Source: an uncultured Gemmatimonadales bacterium (GTDB lineage: Bacteria > Gemmatimonadota > Gemmatimonadetes > Longimicrobiales > RSA9). From it: a stretch of 64,000 bases of DNA. The stretch lies in NCBI GenBank assembly GCA_963798845.1, contig CAWCUS010000002.1, forward strand, positions 704,001 to 768,000. The letters are read 5' to 3'. A model generated the notes under the pieces. The model had not been told where the DNA came from. It did not search any database and saw nothing but the letters and a program-made list of their open reading frames with translations. Below, in pieces: positions 21,227 through 30,914 of the stretch. Each line of letters starts with the position of its first letter. Position 1 is the first letter of the stretch. Made by a program: the position numbers and the translations under genes.

Positions 21227-22774
21227 ATGGCCCACCGGCCCCGGCTCCGGAGGCGCGCCACGACGGCGGTCCGGGGAGTCGGCTCCGCCCTCCTGGTCGT
21301 CTTGGCGTGCGCCGTACCGGCACGGGCGCAGGGGAAGAAGAACCCCGGGGCCACCCCGTTCCTCGAATCGGGGTCCTGGCAGGAGGCGCTGGAACGGCGC
21401 CTGGACGCCCTCGGCCTGCTCGGGCGCGACCTCGACCCTTCGGGCGGCGCCGGCACGCGCGGGCAGCTGGCCCTCGCGCTTCTCGCCGCCGACTCCTCCA
21501 CTTCAGCCGCTCCGCCCGTTCTGGCGGTGGTGCGCAGATACCGCGAGCGATTCTGCGCGGAGTTCGCGGCCTCGTGCCGGGCAGCGCGCGGAATGCCGCG
21601 CCGGGCGTGGGCCGCCGACGGCGCCGTCCTGAGCGCCGGCTACGCCGATCGTGGGGGCACGGTGCTCACCGCCGTAGGATGGCCGCCCGAGCCGGAGGTC
21701 CCGCCGAACCTGACGCCGCCGCAAGCGCGCGCGCCGCTCCGGAGCCCGCTTGGCTTCGCCGATGTGTCCGCGCTCGGGCCGGGCTTCGCGGTTCGCGTCA
21801 GCGCACGGGCGACGTCCGAAGGGGCCGGCCTGGTGGAGGGCTACGTGGGGGCGTCCCGGGGCGTCGCACGGGTGTGGGCCGGCCGGCGGCAACTTCGCTT
21901 CGGATATGGCCAGGGGTCGCTGATCATCGGCGGCCGCGTTCCGCTCGACGGCGCCGGGCTGGAAGCGGGGGCGTTCCGGCTCCCGTGGGTGTTCCGGCAC
22001 CTGGGCGCGGTCCACGCGGAGACCGGTCTGTTCCAGCTGCACGAAGTGGCGCCGTACCCGCACCCGTGGCTGTGGACGCTGCGCGCGTCGGTTTCTCCCC
22101 ACCCCCGGTTCCAGGTGGCGGTGGAGCGCGCCGCCATGGTCGCCACGGAGGGCAGCGACCTGTCGACGCGGTTCACGCAGCTGCTGCAGGTCCTGATCGG
22201 CAAGCACAGCGTGGTCAACCGGCAGGACAACCAGATCGCCTCCTTCGACTTCCGTTACCGGCCGCCGCTGGGGCCACTTCCCGTCTCGCTCTACCTGGAA
22301 TGGGGGTTGGAGGACACCGCCGGGTCATGGCGCAAGGTCCCGGGCGTGATCGCCGGCGCTTACCTGGGGACTGTGCCCGGTGTGCCGGCGCTTGCCGTCG
22401 GCGTCGAGCGGGCGTCGTTCGCGCCGCGCTGCTGCGGCAACCCCTGGTGGTACCGCCACCGTGGCTTCGAGGGGGGGTGGACGGACGACCGCAAGCCACT
22501 CGGGCACCCCCTGGGCGGCGAGGGGTGGGAGTGGCGCGCGTGGACGGACGCCATCCCTGCGCCGTGGCTGGTCGGGACGCTCAGCGCCATCCTGCGGGAC
22601 CGGGGGATCGAGAACCTGTACGCGCCTTCGCGGACCGGCCGCAGCGCCGGTGCCATGCTCGACCTCCGGTTCACACGTGCCCCGGGCCCGGAGCTCGGGC
22701 TGCGCGGGCGCTACGAGAACGGCGACGGGTGGGCGGAGCACGACTTCGCCATCACGCTCGGTTACCGCTTCTAG
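21227..22774 (+). CDS. Capsule-assembly Wzi-family outer-membrane protein (copy 1)
   Basis: Signal peptide; GRRQLRFGYG, DNQIASFD, YLEWGLED, WYRH..F..GWT...PLGHPLGG; C-terminal aromatic GYRF. Confidence 0.75.
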   Translation: MAHRPRLRRRATTAVRGVGSALLVVLACAVPARAQGKKNPGATPFLESGSWQEALERRLDALGLLGRDLDPSGGAGTRGQLALALLAADSSTSAAPPVLAVVRRYRERFCAEFAASCRAARGMPRRAWAADGAVLSAGYADRGGTVLTAVGWPPEPEVPPNLTPPQARAPLRSPLGFADVSALGPGFAVRVSARATSEGAGLVEGYVGASRGVARVWAGRRQLRFGYGQGSLIIGGRVPLDGAGLEAGAFRLPWVFRHLGAVHAETGLFQLHEVAPYPHPWLWTLRASVSPHPRFQVAVERAAMVATEGSDLSTRFTQLLQVLIGKHSVVNRQDNQIASFDFRYRPPLGPLPVSLYLEWGLEDTAGSWRKVPGVIAGAYLGTVPGVPALAVGVERASFAPRCCGNPWWYRHRGFEGGWTDDRKPLGHPLGGEGWEWRAWTDAIPAPWLVGTLSAILRDRGIENLYAPSRTGRSAGAMLDLRFTRAPGPELGLRGRYENGDGWAEHDFAITLGYRF

Positions 22775-22850
22775 AAGCCCTGCCGACGTGGCCAGCGGCG
22801 GAGTCGTCGCCGGCCCGACGTCCTCCCCGCGCGAGTCGTGTCGCCCCGAA

Positions 22851-22867
22851 CAGGCTCCGATCTTGCG
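22851..22867 (+). promoter_or_regulatory. Candidate sigma54 (-24/-12) promoter upstream of the pglF-like operon
   Basis: CAGGCTCCGATCTTGCG: GG-N10-GC with TTGC, intergenic. Confidence 0.45.
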
Positions 22868-22951
22868 TTGGCCTCGCCAGCCGGAGCGGTGCCGAAGCAC
22901 TGCGGACAAGGCGAGCCCCGTGACGATGTTGGCAGGAATAGACAGCACCGA

Positions 22952-24886
22952 ATGACCCCTCTGGAACGGCTCTACCTCCGTCTCTACAGACGACGTCGCC
23001 CCCTCGCCTACGCCCTGTACGGAACGCTTGCCGCCGTGGGCTACACCGTCGCGTTCCTCCTGCGTTTCGACTTCGCCCTCGCGCCGAGGCATGCCCGCTC
23101 GCTCATGCTGACGCTCCCGGCGGTGATGGCCGTCCGCATCGCGCTGGCCCGTGTGTTCCGGCTCTCGAGCGGAAGGTGGCGCTTCGTCGGCACGGCGGAC
23201 GCCGTGCGGCTGATCGTCGCGATGAGCACCGGGAGCGCGATGCTGCTGGTGCTCCGCGAGCTGCTGCCTCCGCCCGTCCTGATCCCGCGCTCGGTCCTGC
23301 TGATCGAATGGGTCGTGAGCTCGTACGCCACCGCGGGACTGTGGCTGACGTACCGTGTGGGGTTCGAGCGGGTACGGCGCGCGCGGTCGGTGAACGGCGA
23401 GCGTCCGGTGAGGCGGGCGCTGCTGGTGGGCGCGGGGGAAGCGGGGAACGTGCTGGCGAGGGAGATTCGGCGTTATCCGACCGGGTTCAATCTCGTGGGC
23501 TTCGTGGACGACGATTCGTTGAAGTGGGGGTGTCAGATCCAGGGCGTGGAGGTGCTGGGGGGGACCGAGGACCTCGGGGCGATCGTGAAGGCGGAGCGGG
23601 TGGACGAGATCATCCTGGCGATCCCGTCGGCGGAGCCGAAGGAGCTGCGTCGCCTGGTGGCGCAGTGCGAGGAGACGCACGTGCCGTTCAAGGTGCTTCC
23701 CGGGATCTCGGAAGTGCTGGAAGGGAGGGTGGGGCTGAACCAGCTGCGCGACCTGCAGGTGGAGGACCTGCTGGGGCGGGACCCGATCCAGCTCGAGCTG
23801 CCCGAGCTGAGCGCGGACCTCGAAGGCCGGTGCGTGATGATCACGGGCGCGGCCGGCTCGATCGGGTCGGAGCTGGCGCGGCAGTGCGCGCTCTACCGCC
23901 CCGAGCGCCTGGTGGTCCTGGACCAGTCGGAGACGGATCTGTTCTTCCTGCAGATGGAGTTGAGGGAGTCATACCCGGAGCTGGATCTGGTGGCCGTGAT
24001 CGGGGACATCACCGACGACGCCCAGATCGAGCGGGTGTTCCATCGACAAACCCCCGATCGGGTCTTCCACGCGGCGGCGTACAAGCACGTGCCGCTCATG
24101 GAGGTGAACGTCGAGCAGGCCGTGAAGAACAACGTGCTGGGCACGGCGATCGTGGCGGAGGCGGCGGGTCGTCACGGGGCGGAGAAGTTCGTCCTCGTGA
24201 GCACGGACAAGGCGGTGCGCCCGGCGAACGTGATGGGCTCCACGAAACGGCTGGCGGAGCTGACCATCCTTCACATGCAGGACCACTTCCCGGACACCGC
24301 CTTTGGCGCAGTCCGCTTCGGCAACGTGCTCGGGAGCCGGGGCAGCGTGCTCCCCATCTTCCGTCGCCAGGTGGCGTCCTCCAAGCCGCTCACGGTCACG
24401 CACCCGGAGGTCACCCGCTATTTCATGACCATCCCGGAAGCGGTCCAGCTGATCCTGCAGGCTTCCCTGCTCCCGGATTTCCGCGGCCACATCGCCATGC
24501 TGGACATGGGTGAGCCGGTCAAGATCGTGGAGCTGGCGCAGAACGTTCTCCGGCTCTCCGGCATCTCGCCGCGGATGGGGGAGACGTACCGGTTCACGGG
24601 GCTGCGCCCGGGAGAGAAGATGCACGAGGAGCTGGCAGCGCCGGACGAGTCGATGCAGGAGACGAGCATCGCCAAGGTCCGCCTGCTGACCTCGTGTCGC
24701 GCGAGCACTCCGGACATCCGGCCGCTGCTGAACCGGTGGGACCGCGCCCTCTCCAACGGCCACGCAGGGGTGGTGGAGAAGGAGCTGCGCGGTATCTTTT
24801 CCGGGCTCCGGGAGCCGAGGCCCAACGGCACGCGCGGCAACGGCGCCCTGGCCATGAGCGCGGAATTCCCGGAACTACCGAACTGA
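22952..24886 (+). CDS. Membrane-anchored UDP-GlcNAc 4,6-dehydratase (PglF/WbpM/CapD family)
   Basis: N-terminal TM helices, GAGEAG, ITGAAGSIGSEL, FHAAAYKHVP, STDKAV, VMGSTK (Met in place of Tyr as in WbpM/PglF), RFGNVLGSRGSV. Confidence 0.92.
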   Translation: MTPLERLYLRLYRRRRPLAYALYGTLAAVGYTVAFLLRFDFALAPRHARSLMLTLPAVMAVRIALARVFRLSSGRWRFVGTADAVRLIVAMSTGSAMLLVLRELLPPPVLIPRSVLLIEWVVSSYATAGLWLTYRVGFERVRRARSVNGERPVRRALLVGAGEAGNVLAREIRRYPTGFNLVGFVDDDSLKWGCQIQGVEVLGGTEDLGAIVKAERVDEIILAIPSAEPKELRRLVAQCEETHVPFKVLPGISEVLEGRVGLNQLRDLQVEDLLGRDPIQLELPELSADLEGRCVMITGAAGSIGSELARQCALYRPERLVVLDQSETDLFFLQMELRESYPELDLVAVIGDITDDAQIERVFHRQTPDRVFHAAAYKHVPLMEVNVEQAVKNNVLGTAIVAEAAGRHGAEKFVLVSTDKAVRPANVMGSTKRLAELTILHMQDHFPDTAFGAVRFGNVLGSRGSVLPIFRRQVASSKPLTVTHPEVTRYFMTIPEAVQLILQASLLPDFRGHIAMLDMGEPVKIVELAQNVLRLSGISPRMGETYRFTGLRPGEKMHEELAAPDESMQETSIAKVRLLTSCRASTPDIRPLLNRWDRALSNGHAGVVEKELRGIFSGLREPRPNGTRGNGALAMSAEFPELPN

Positions 24887-24888
24887 TC

Positions 24889-27459
24889 ATGCGCTCCGTG
24901 CCGCGAAGGGCCCAGGGCACAGGGTGGCGCGGCGGTGCACCCGCGCCAGCCGTGCGCGACGCATGGGCGCCGGTGCCGCGCTTGCCGCCGTCGCTTCGAG
25001 GGATGGCGCTGGCGTTCGCGCTTGCCGCGGTCGCCGCAGGACCGCTGGCAGGACAGCAGCCGGACACGGCCGCGGCCCGCCGCCAGGCCGAGCAGCGGCT
25101 GGGGCACCCGGTGTCGCAGGAGGAGATGCTCCAGCGGGTCCGCGATTCGGGGCTGACGCGGTCGGAGGCGAAGGCGCGACTGCTCCAGCTCGGCTACGAC
25201 CCGTCCATGGTGGACCCGTACTACGACGCGCTGGAGGGGACGGGCCCGGTCCCCACCGGGAGCGACGCCGATCGTTTCCCGCGCGCGCTGGACCAGATCA
25301 AGCGGGCCCCGAGGGTGCAGCCGGGGCCGCTGGGCGGCGCCGGAGTGTCCGATTCCGCCGCGGTGGATACGACGGTGGCGGCCCGGGGGGACAGCAGCGA
25401 GCTGCCGATGTTCGGGCGGGACCTGTTCTCGCGGGCCACCACGGAGTTCGAGCCGGTGCTCTACGGCCCGGTGGACGAGAGCTATCGGCTCGGTCCCGGT
25501 GACGAGGTCCTGCTGGTGCTCACGGGCGGCGTGGAGTCCGCGTACAGCCTGGAAGTGAACCGGCAGGGCTACATCGTGGTCCCGGACGTGGGGCAGATCG
25601 CGGTGAACGGGATGTCGGTCGGACAGCTGGAGACCGCGCTGGGTCAGGCGCTGGGCGAGGTGTACGCCGGGGTGCGCGGCCCGGATCCGACCGTCCACTT
25701 CCAGGTTTCGCTGGGCCGGCTGCGCACGAACCAGGTCTACCTGGTGGGGGAGGTGGAGCGACCGGGAGCGTACCAGGTCAGCGCGGTGGCCACGGTGTTC
25801 AACGCACTCTACCAGGCGGGTGGCCCGAAGCGAGGCGGCAGCTTCCGGAACGTCGAGGTGTGGCGGGGCGGGCGGATCGTGGGGACCATCGACCTGTACG
25901 ACTACCTCATTTCCGGGGACAGCCGCAACGACATCCGGCTGGAGCAGGGCGACCGGATCTACGTTCCGCTCGCGGGCCCGCGTGCGGCCGTGCGGGGCGA
26001 GGTGCAGCGGCCGGCGATCTACGAGCTGAAGGAAGGCGAGCAGCTTCGGGACCTGCTGGGCTACGCGGGTGGCTTCAAGCCGGACGCCGTGGTCCGTCGC
26101 GTCCAGGTGGACCGTATCCTCCCGCCGGCCGAGCGCCGCCCCGGCGCCGACCGGGTTCTGGTCGATGTCGACGTCGCCGGTCTGCTGTCCGGAGACGCGC
26201 AGCCCGTCCCGGTCCGGGCGGGCGACGTGGTGGAGGTGTTCGCGATCTCGTCCGAGCGGCGGGACCGGGTGGACCTGACGGGCGATGTGCGCCGGCCGGG
26301 CACGTACGAGTGGTCGCCGGGGCTGACGCTACGGCAGCTGCTGTCGCGCGCGGACGGCCTGGACGAGAGCGCGTACGTGGCGCGCGCACACATCTTCCGC
26401 CTGGTGGAGTCCACGGGGGAGCGGCGCCTGATCAGCGTCGCGCTGACGGGGCCGGAGGACGACGGCGCCATTCCCGACGCCGCCCTCGCGGACCGGGACT
26501 CGGTGGTGATCTACAGCCGGGAGCACCTGCGGACCCCGCGCTACGTCCACATCGCCGGGTACGTGAAGAACCCGGGGACGTATTCGCTGGCCGGGGGGAT
26601 GACGCTCGAGGACCTGATCCTGACGGCGGGCGGGTTCACGGACGGGGCGTTCACGACCAGCGCGGAGGTGGCCCGGGCCCCCGCCGACACGGCGCTCACG
26701 GATACGGCCGCGGTGGTCCTGAACGTACCCCTCGCCGGCGGGCCGGCCCTCGACGCCGCGGCGACGCCGGAGCGGGGAATGCCCGCGTGGCGGCCCGACC
26801 CATCGGAATTCCGGCTGCAGCACGGGGACCGGGTCTTCATCCGCAAGGCGCCGGGCCACCGGGCCCCGCAAACCGTGACGGTGACCGGGGAGGTGCGCTT
26901 CCCCGGCGAATACGTGCTGTCGCGGCGCAGCGAGCGCCTGAGCGACGTGCTCCGGCGCGCGGGGGGGCTGACACGGGACGGTTACGTCCCCGGAATCCGG
27001 GTGGTTCGCGGTGGAAAGCTGGTCGCGGTGGACGCGATGGAAGCGCTCGGTCCGGGCGGCGGTCCGGTGAACCTGGTGCTGGAGGCCGGGGACAGCCTCC
27101 AGGTGCCGACGTACGATCCAACGGTTCTGGTGGTGGGTGCGGTGCGCTTCGAGTCCCGCGTCCTGTATCAGGCGGGCAGAAGCGTGGACTACTACATCCA
27201 GCAGGCGGGCGGCTACGGTGAGCTGGCCGACCGCGACCGTGTCACGGTCACCTATCAGAACGGCGAGCGGGCGAGCGCCAACGACGTGGTGCTCCTGTTC
27301 CGGCGGGCGCCGTCGGTGAGCCCGGGGAGCACGATCCAGATCCCGACCCTGCCGGCGAGGGAGCGGCAGGGATTCAACTGGGACGCCTTCCTGTCCCGAA
27401 CGCTGTCTCTGGCGAGCGTCACGGCCACGCTCCTGCTGGCGATCAACCAGCTGCAATGA
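24889..27459 (+). CDS. Polysaccharide export protein with multiple SLBB domains (OPX, KpsD/OtnA-like); start may be 25003
   Basis: Poly_export YRLGPGDEV; repeated GEV..PG.Y...AGG units; signal peptide MALAFALAAVAAGPLAG. Confidence 0.88.
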   Translation: MRSVPRRAQGTGWRGGAPAPAVRDAWAPVPRLPPSLRGMALAFALAAVAAGPLAGQQPDTAAARRQAEQRLGHPVSQEEMLQRVRDSGLTRSEAKARLLQLGYDPSMVDPYYDALEGTGPVPTGSDADRFPRALDQIKRAPRVQPGPLGGAGVSDSAAVDTTVAARGDSSELPMFGRDLFSRATTEFEPVLYGPVDESYRLGPGDEVLLVLTGGVESAYSLEVNRQGYIVVPDVGQIAVNGMSVGQLETALGQALGEVYAGVRGPDPTVHFQVSLGRLRTNQVYLVGEVERPGAYQVSAVATVFNALYQAGGPKRGGSFRNVEVWRGGRIVGTIDLYDYLISGDSRNDIRLEQGDRIYVPLAGPRAAVRGEVQRPAIYELKEGEQLRDLLGYAGGFKPDAVVRRVQVDRILPPAERRPGADRVLVDVDVAGLLSGDAQPVPVRAGDVVEVFAISSERRDRVDLTGDVRRPGTYEWSPGLTLRQLLSRADGLDESAYVARAHIFRLVESTGERRLISVALTGPEDDGAIPDAALADRDSVVIYSREHLRTPRYVHIAGYVKNPGTYSLAGGMTLEDLILTAGGFTDGAFTTSAEVARAPADTALTDTAAVVLNVPLAGGPALDAAATPERGMPAWRPDPSEFRLQHGDRVFIRKAPGHRAPQTVTVTGEVRFPGEYVLSRRSERLSDVLRRAGGLTRDGYVPGIRVVRGGKLVAVDAMEALGPGGGPVNLVLEAGDSLQVPTYDPTVLVVGAVRFESRVLYQAGRSVDYYIQQAGGYGELADRDRVTVTYQNGERASANDVVLLFRRAPSVSPGSTIQIPTLPARERQGFNWDAFLSRTLSLASVTATLLLAINQLQ

Positions 27460-28643
27460 GCGACGCGCCGGGGAGGGGCCGCCCGCCCGGGAGGGCCGCG
27501 ACGACGGCGACGAACGGTGGAATGCCGACCCCGGAGGAGCAGCGGTCCGTGAACATGCTGGGCCTTCTCACCCTGGGGCTGCGACGGCTGCGGCTCCTGG
27601 TCGGGTTCCCGCTGGCGGTGGGGGTCGCTGCGCTGGTCATCTCGCTGGTGGTGGCGAAGCGCTACGCAGCCGAGTCCCGCTTCATGCCGGAGACGGAAAG
27701 CCAAATGCCATCCGAGATGGCGGGGCTGGCCGCGGAGTTCGGGCTCACGCCGCCGACGTCGCAGGGCGAGTCGCTGGCATTCTACGCGGAGCTGCTGCGC
27801 TCGAACGAGCTCCTGCGCGCGGTGGTCCGGACGCAGTACGAGTTCCCGATCCGGCAAGGCGCGGACACGCTGCGTGGCGACCTTCTCTCGCTCTACCGCA
27901 TCGACGGAGACTCGCCGGCCGAGCGGCTCCAGAACGGCGTGCTGAGGTTGAGGGAGAACGACATCGCGGTGATCCCCAAGCCCACCGCGAACCTCGTGGG
28001 GCTCAGGACCCTGGCGCCGTGGCCGGCGCTGGCAGAGGCCTTGAACTTGCGCATGCTGGCGCTGGTGAACCGCTTCAACCTCGAGCGGCGGCAATCGCGC
28101 GCGCTGGAGGAGCGGCGGTTCCTGGAGGGGCGAGTCGAGCAGGCCGAGCGGGACCTGAGAGGGGCGGAGGATTCCCTGGAAGCGTTCGTCGCGAGCAACC
28201 GCCGCTACTCCGGAGCCCCGGACACGCGGCTGGAGTACGACCGGCTGCAACGGCGGGTCTCGTTCCTCCAGCAGATCCGCTCGTCCCGCGCCCAGGCGCT
28301 GGAGCAGGCGCGCGTCGAGGCGGTGCGCAATACGCCCGTGATCACCGTGGTGGACGGGCCGCAGGGCACGGCGCTGAAAGTCTCGCCGAAGCCGCTGGTC
28401 AACGCTCTCCTGGGCGTGCTTGCCGGCCTCGCGCTGGCCGTCTGCTTCCTGATGGCGAGCGAGATGCTGGCGCGAGCCCGGCGCGAGCGGCCCGAGGAGT
28501 ACCGAGAGCTGACCATGGCGACGCGGGACACGCTCGGCCGCCTCGCGCCCGCCTCCGTCCTGCGCCGCCTGCGGCGGGGTTCGCCGGGGCGGGTGCCCGC
28601 GGGGACAGTGGCGGACAATGGGGATGGAGAGGAGCTGCGATGA
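27456..28643 (+). CDS. Wzz/GumC-like polysaccharide co-polymerase (copy 1)
   Basis: Two TM segments flanking a coiled coil; ITVVDGP...SPKP before TM2; no kinase domain. Confidence 0.8.
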   Translation: MSDAPGRGRPPGRAATTATNGGMPTPEEQRSVNMLGLLTLGLRRLRLLVGFPLAVGVAALVISLVVAKRYAAESRFMPETESQMPSEMAGLAAEFGLTPPTSQGESLAFYAELLRSNELLRAVVRTQYEFPIRQGADTLRGDLLSLYRIDGDSPAERLQNGVLRLRENDIAVIPKPTANLVGLRTLAPWPALAEALNLRMLALVNRFNLERRQSRALEERRFLEGRVEQAERDLRGAEDSLEAFVASNRRYSGAPDTRLEYDRLQRRVSFLQQIRSSRAQALEQARVEAVRNTPVITVVDGPQGTALKVSPKPLVNALLGVLAGLALAVCFLMASEMLARARRERPEEYRELTMATRDTLGRLAPASVLRRLRRGSPGRVPAGTVADNGDGEELR

Positions 28644-29146
28644 GCGAGCTGAGCCGGATCGCGCCGGACGTGGAGCTCGGTCGTGATGTGGCGATCCGCG
28701 CCTTCGTCAACCTCTACGGGTGTCGGATCGGGGACGGTACCCGCATCGGCACTTTCGTCGAGATCCAGAAAGGCGTCGCGGTGGGCCGGCGGTGCAAGAT
28801 CGAGAGCCACACCTTCATCTGCGAAGGCGTGACGCTGGAGGACGAGGTGTTCGTGGGCCACCACGTCTGCTTCATCAACGACCGCTATCCACGCGCCACC
28901 AGCGCCGATGGGGACGTCCAGGAGGAGGGGGACTGGCGCCTCGAGGGAACGCTCGTCCGGCGCGGCGCGTCCATCGGCTCGGGCGCCGTGATCCTGCCCG
29001 GGGTCGAGATCGGGGAGAACGCGATGGTGGGCGCGGGCGCGGTGGTGACGCGTGACGTCCCTTCCGGCGCCACGGTGGTGGGGAACCCCGCGCGGCCGGT
29101 GCGCGCGCGCGTCCGTGAAGCGAGCGGGAAAGCGGTGAGGAGCTGA
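28640..29146 (+). CDS. Hexapeptide-repeat N-acetyltransferase (WbpD-like)
   Basis: FVNLYGCRIG, FVEIQKG, HTFICEGV, FINDRYPRA, VGNPARP. Confidence 0.85.
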   Translation: MSELSRIAPDVELGRDVAIRAFVNLYGCRIGDGTRIGTFVEIQKGVAVGRRCKIESHTFICEGVTLEDEVFVGHHVCFINDRYPRATSADGDVQEEGDWRLEGTLVRRGASIGSGAVILPGVEIGENAMVGAGAVVTRDVPSGATVVGNPARPVRARVREASGKAVRS

Positions 29147-29848
29147 TGGCGACGCCGCTCCCGGTCGGGTCTGGCGCACGGTACTTCCCGCTGGCGCTTC
29201 CCGCCGCGCCGCCTCCGGTTGCGGTCTCCACAGCCAAGCGCGTGCTCGACGTGGTGGGCGCCGCGCTGCTCTCGCTGGTGACGCTCCCCGCGGCGCTCGT
29301 CATCGCGCTCCTGATCAAGCTGACATCATCGGGGCCGGTGCTCTTCCGGCAGGCGCGGGTCGGCTGCGACGGGCTGCTGTTCACCATGCTGAAGTTCCGC
29401 TCGAATGCGGTACGGCTGCGACCAGGACCCGCACCGCGAGTACGTGCGCGGACTGGTGACGGGCGAGGAGGAGTCCACCCACGGAGAGGGCGTCTACAAG
29501 CTCGTCGCCGACGAGCGGGTGACGCCGGTGGGGCGGTGGCTGCGCCGGACCTCGATGGACGAGCTGCCGCAGCTGGTGAACGTGCTGCGCGGGGAGATGA
29601 GCCTGGTGGGGCCGCGCCCGCCCCTGCCGTACGAGGTGGAGGCGTACGACAAGGAGCAGTACCGGCGCCTCTCCTGCCGCCCGGGGCTCACCGGGCTGTG
29701 GCAGGTCTCCGGCCGCAACAGGCTGAGCTACCGGACCATGGTTGAGCTGGATCTGGAGTACATCCGGACGTGGAGCCTGGGGCTGGACCTCCGGATCCTG
29801 GCGCGAACCGTGCCAGTGCTGCTGCGGAACACGGGGGAGGCAGTGTGA
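29146..29848 (+). CDS. Priming phosphoglycosyl transferase 1 (extra A at 29404-29405)
   Basis: KRVLD, GPVLFRQ, KFRS(M), [37 protein letters not shown]. Confidence 0.9.
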
Positions 29849-29861
29849 TCGGGGGGCGGCC

Positions 29862-30902
29862 ATGATCGACGTCGGCATCCTCGGCTGCGGGTACTGGGGC
29901 CCGAACCTGGCGCGCAACTTCGCGCATCACGCCGAGGCGAGGGTCGCCGCAGTGGGCGACGTGATCCAGAAGCGGGCGCTGAAGGTCGGCCGGACGTACC
30001 AGGTGCCGCGCGTGACCGACGACGCGGACGTGGTCCTGGGCGACCCGGACATCGACCTGGTGGTGATCGCCACGCCGGTGTGGACCCATTACGAGCTGGC
30101 GCGCAAGGCGCTGGAGCAGGGAAAGCACGTGCTGGTCATGAAGCCCCTCACCGTCTGCACGGAGCAGGCGGAGGAGCTGTGCGCCATGGCCGAAGAGGCG
30201 GGGCTGCTGCTGGCCGTGGACCACACGTTCATCTTCACAGGGGCGGTGCAGAAGATCAAACAGCTGGTGGACGCCGGGGAGCTCGGTGAGCTGTACTATT
30301 TCGATTCGGTGCGGATCAACCTCGGGGTGTTCCAGCACGATGTGAACGTGCTCTGGGACCTGGCGCCGCACAATGTCTCGATCATGGACCACCTCACGGG
30401 GCGGCTTCCCCGGGAAGTGTCGGCCGTGGCCATGTCCCACGGCCGCAGTCCGACGGAGAACATCGCGTATCTCACAGTCCGGTACGGCAACTCCTTCCTC
30501 GGCCATGTCCACGTCAACTGGCTGGCGCCCGCGAAGATCCGTCGCACGATCGTGGGCGGCAGCCAGAAGATGCTGGTCTACGACGACATGGAGCCGAGCG
30601 AGAAGGTCCGGGTCTACGACCGGGGCGTCTCCTTCCTGGACGAGGCCAGCGATCCCACGGAGCGGGCGTACAAGCCGCTCGTGAGCTACCGGACCGGGGA
30701 CATGCGGGTGCCACAGCTCGACTCACGCGAGGCGCTGGCGCTGGAGGTGGAGAACGTCGTGGACGCGATCCGCGGCCGCTCCGAGCTGATGGTTCCGGGG
30801 AAGGACGGGCTCCGTGTGGTGCGCATCCTGGAAGCGGCGGAGCGCTCGATCCACGACTCCGGCGGCCCGGTTTCGGTGGCCGGTTCGCTGTCGGCAGCCT
30901 GA
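29862..30902 (+). CDS. Gfo/Idh/MocA oxidoreductase (WbpB-like sugar dehydrogenase)
   Basis: GCGYWGPNLARNF, IATPV..H, GKHVLVMKP, VLWDLAPH. Confidence 0.88.
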   Translation: MIDVGILGCGYWGPNLARNFAHHAEARVAAVGDVIQKRALKVGRTYQVPRVTDDADVVLGDPDIDLVVIATPVWTHYELARKALEQGKHVLVMKPLTVCTEQAEELCAMAEEAGLLLAVDHTFIFTGAVQKIKQLVDAGELGELYYFDSVRINLGVFQHDVNVLWDLAPHNVSIMDHLTGRLPREVSAVAMSHGRSPTENIAYLTVRYGNSFLGHVHVNWLAPAKIRRTIVGGSQKMLVYDDMEPSEKVRVYDRGVSFLDEASDPTERAYKPLVSYRTGDMRVPQLDSREALALEVENVVDAIRGRSELMVPGKDGLRVVRILEAAERSIHDSGGPVSVAGSLSAA

Positions 30903-30914
30903 GGAGCTTCGCCA

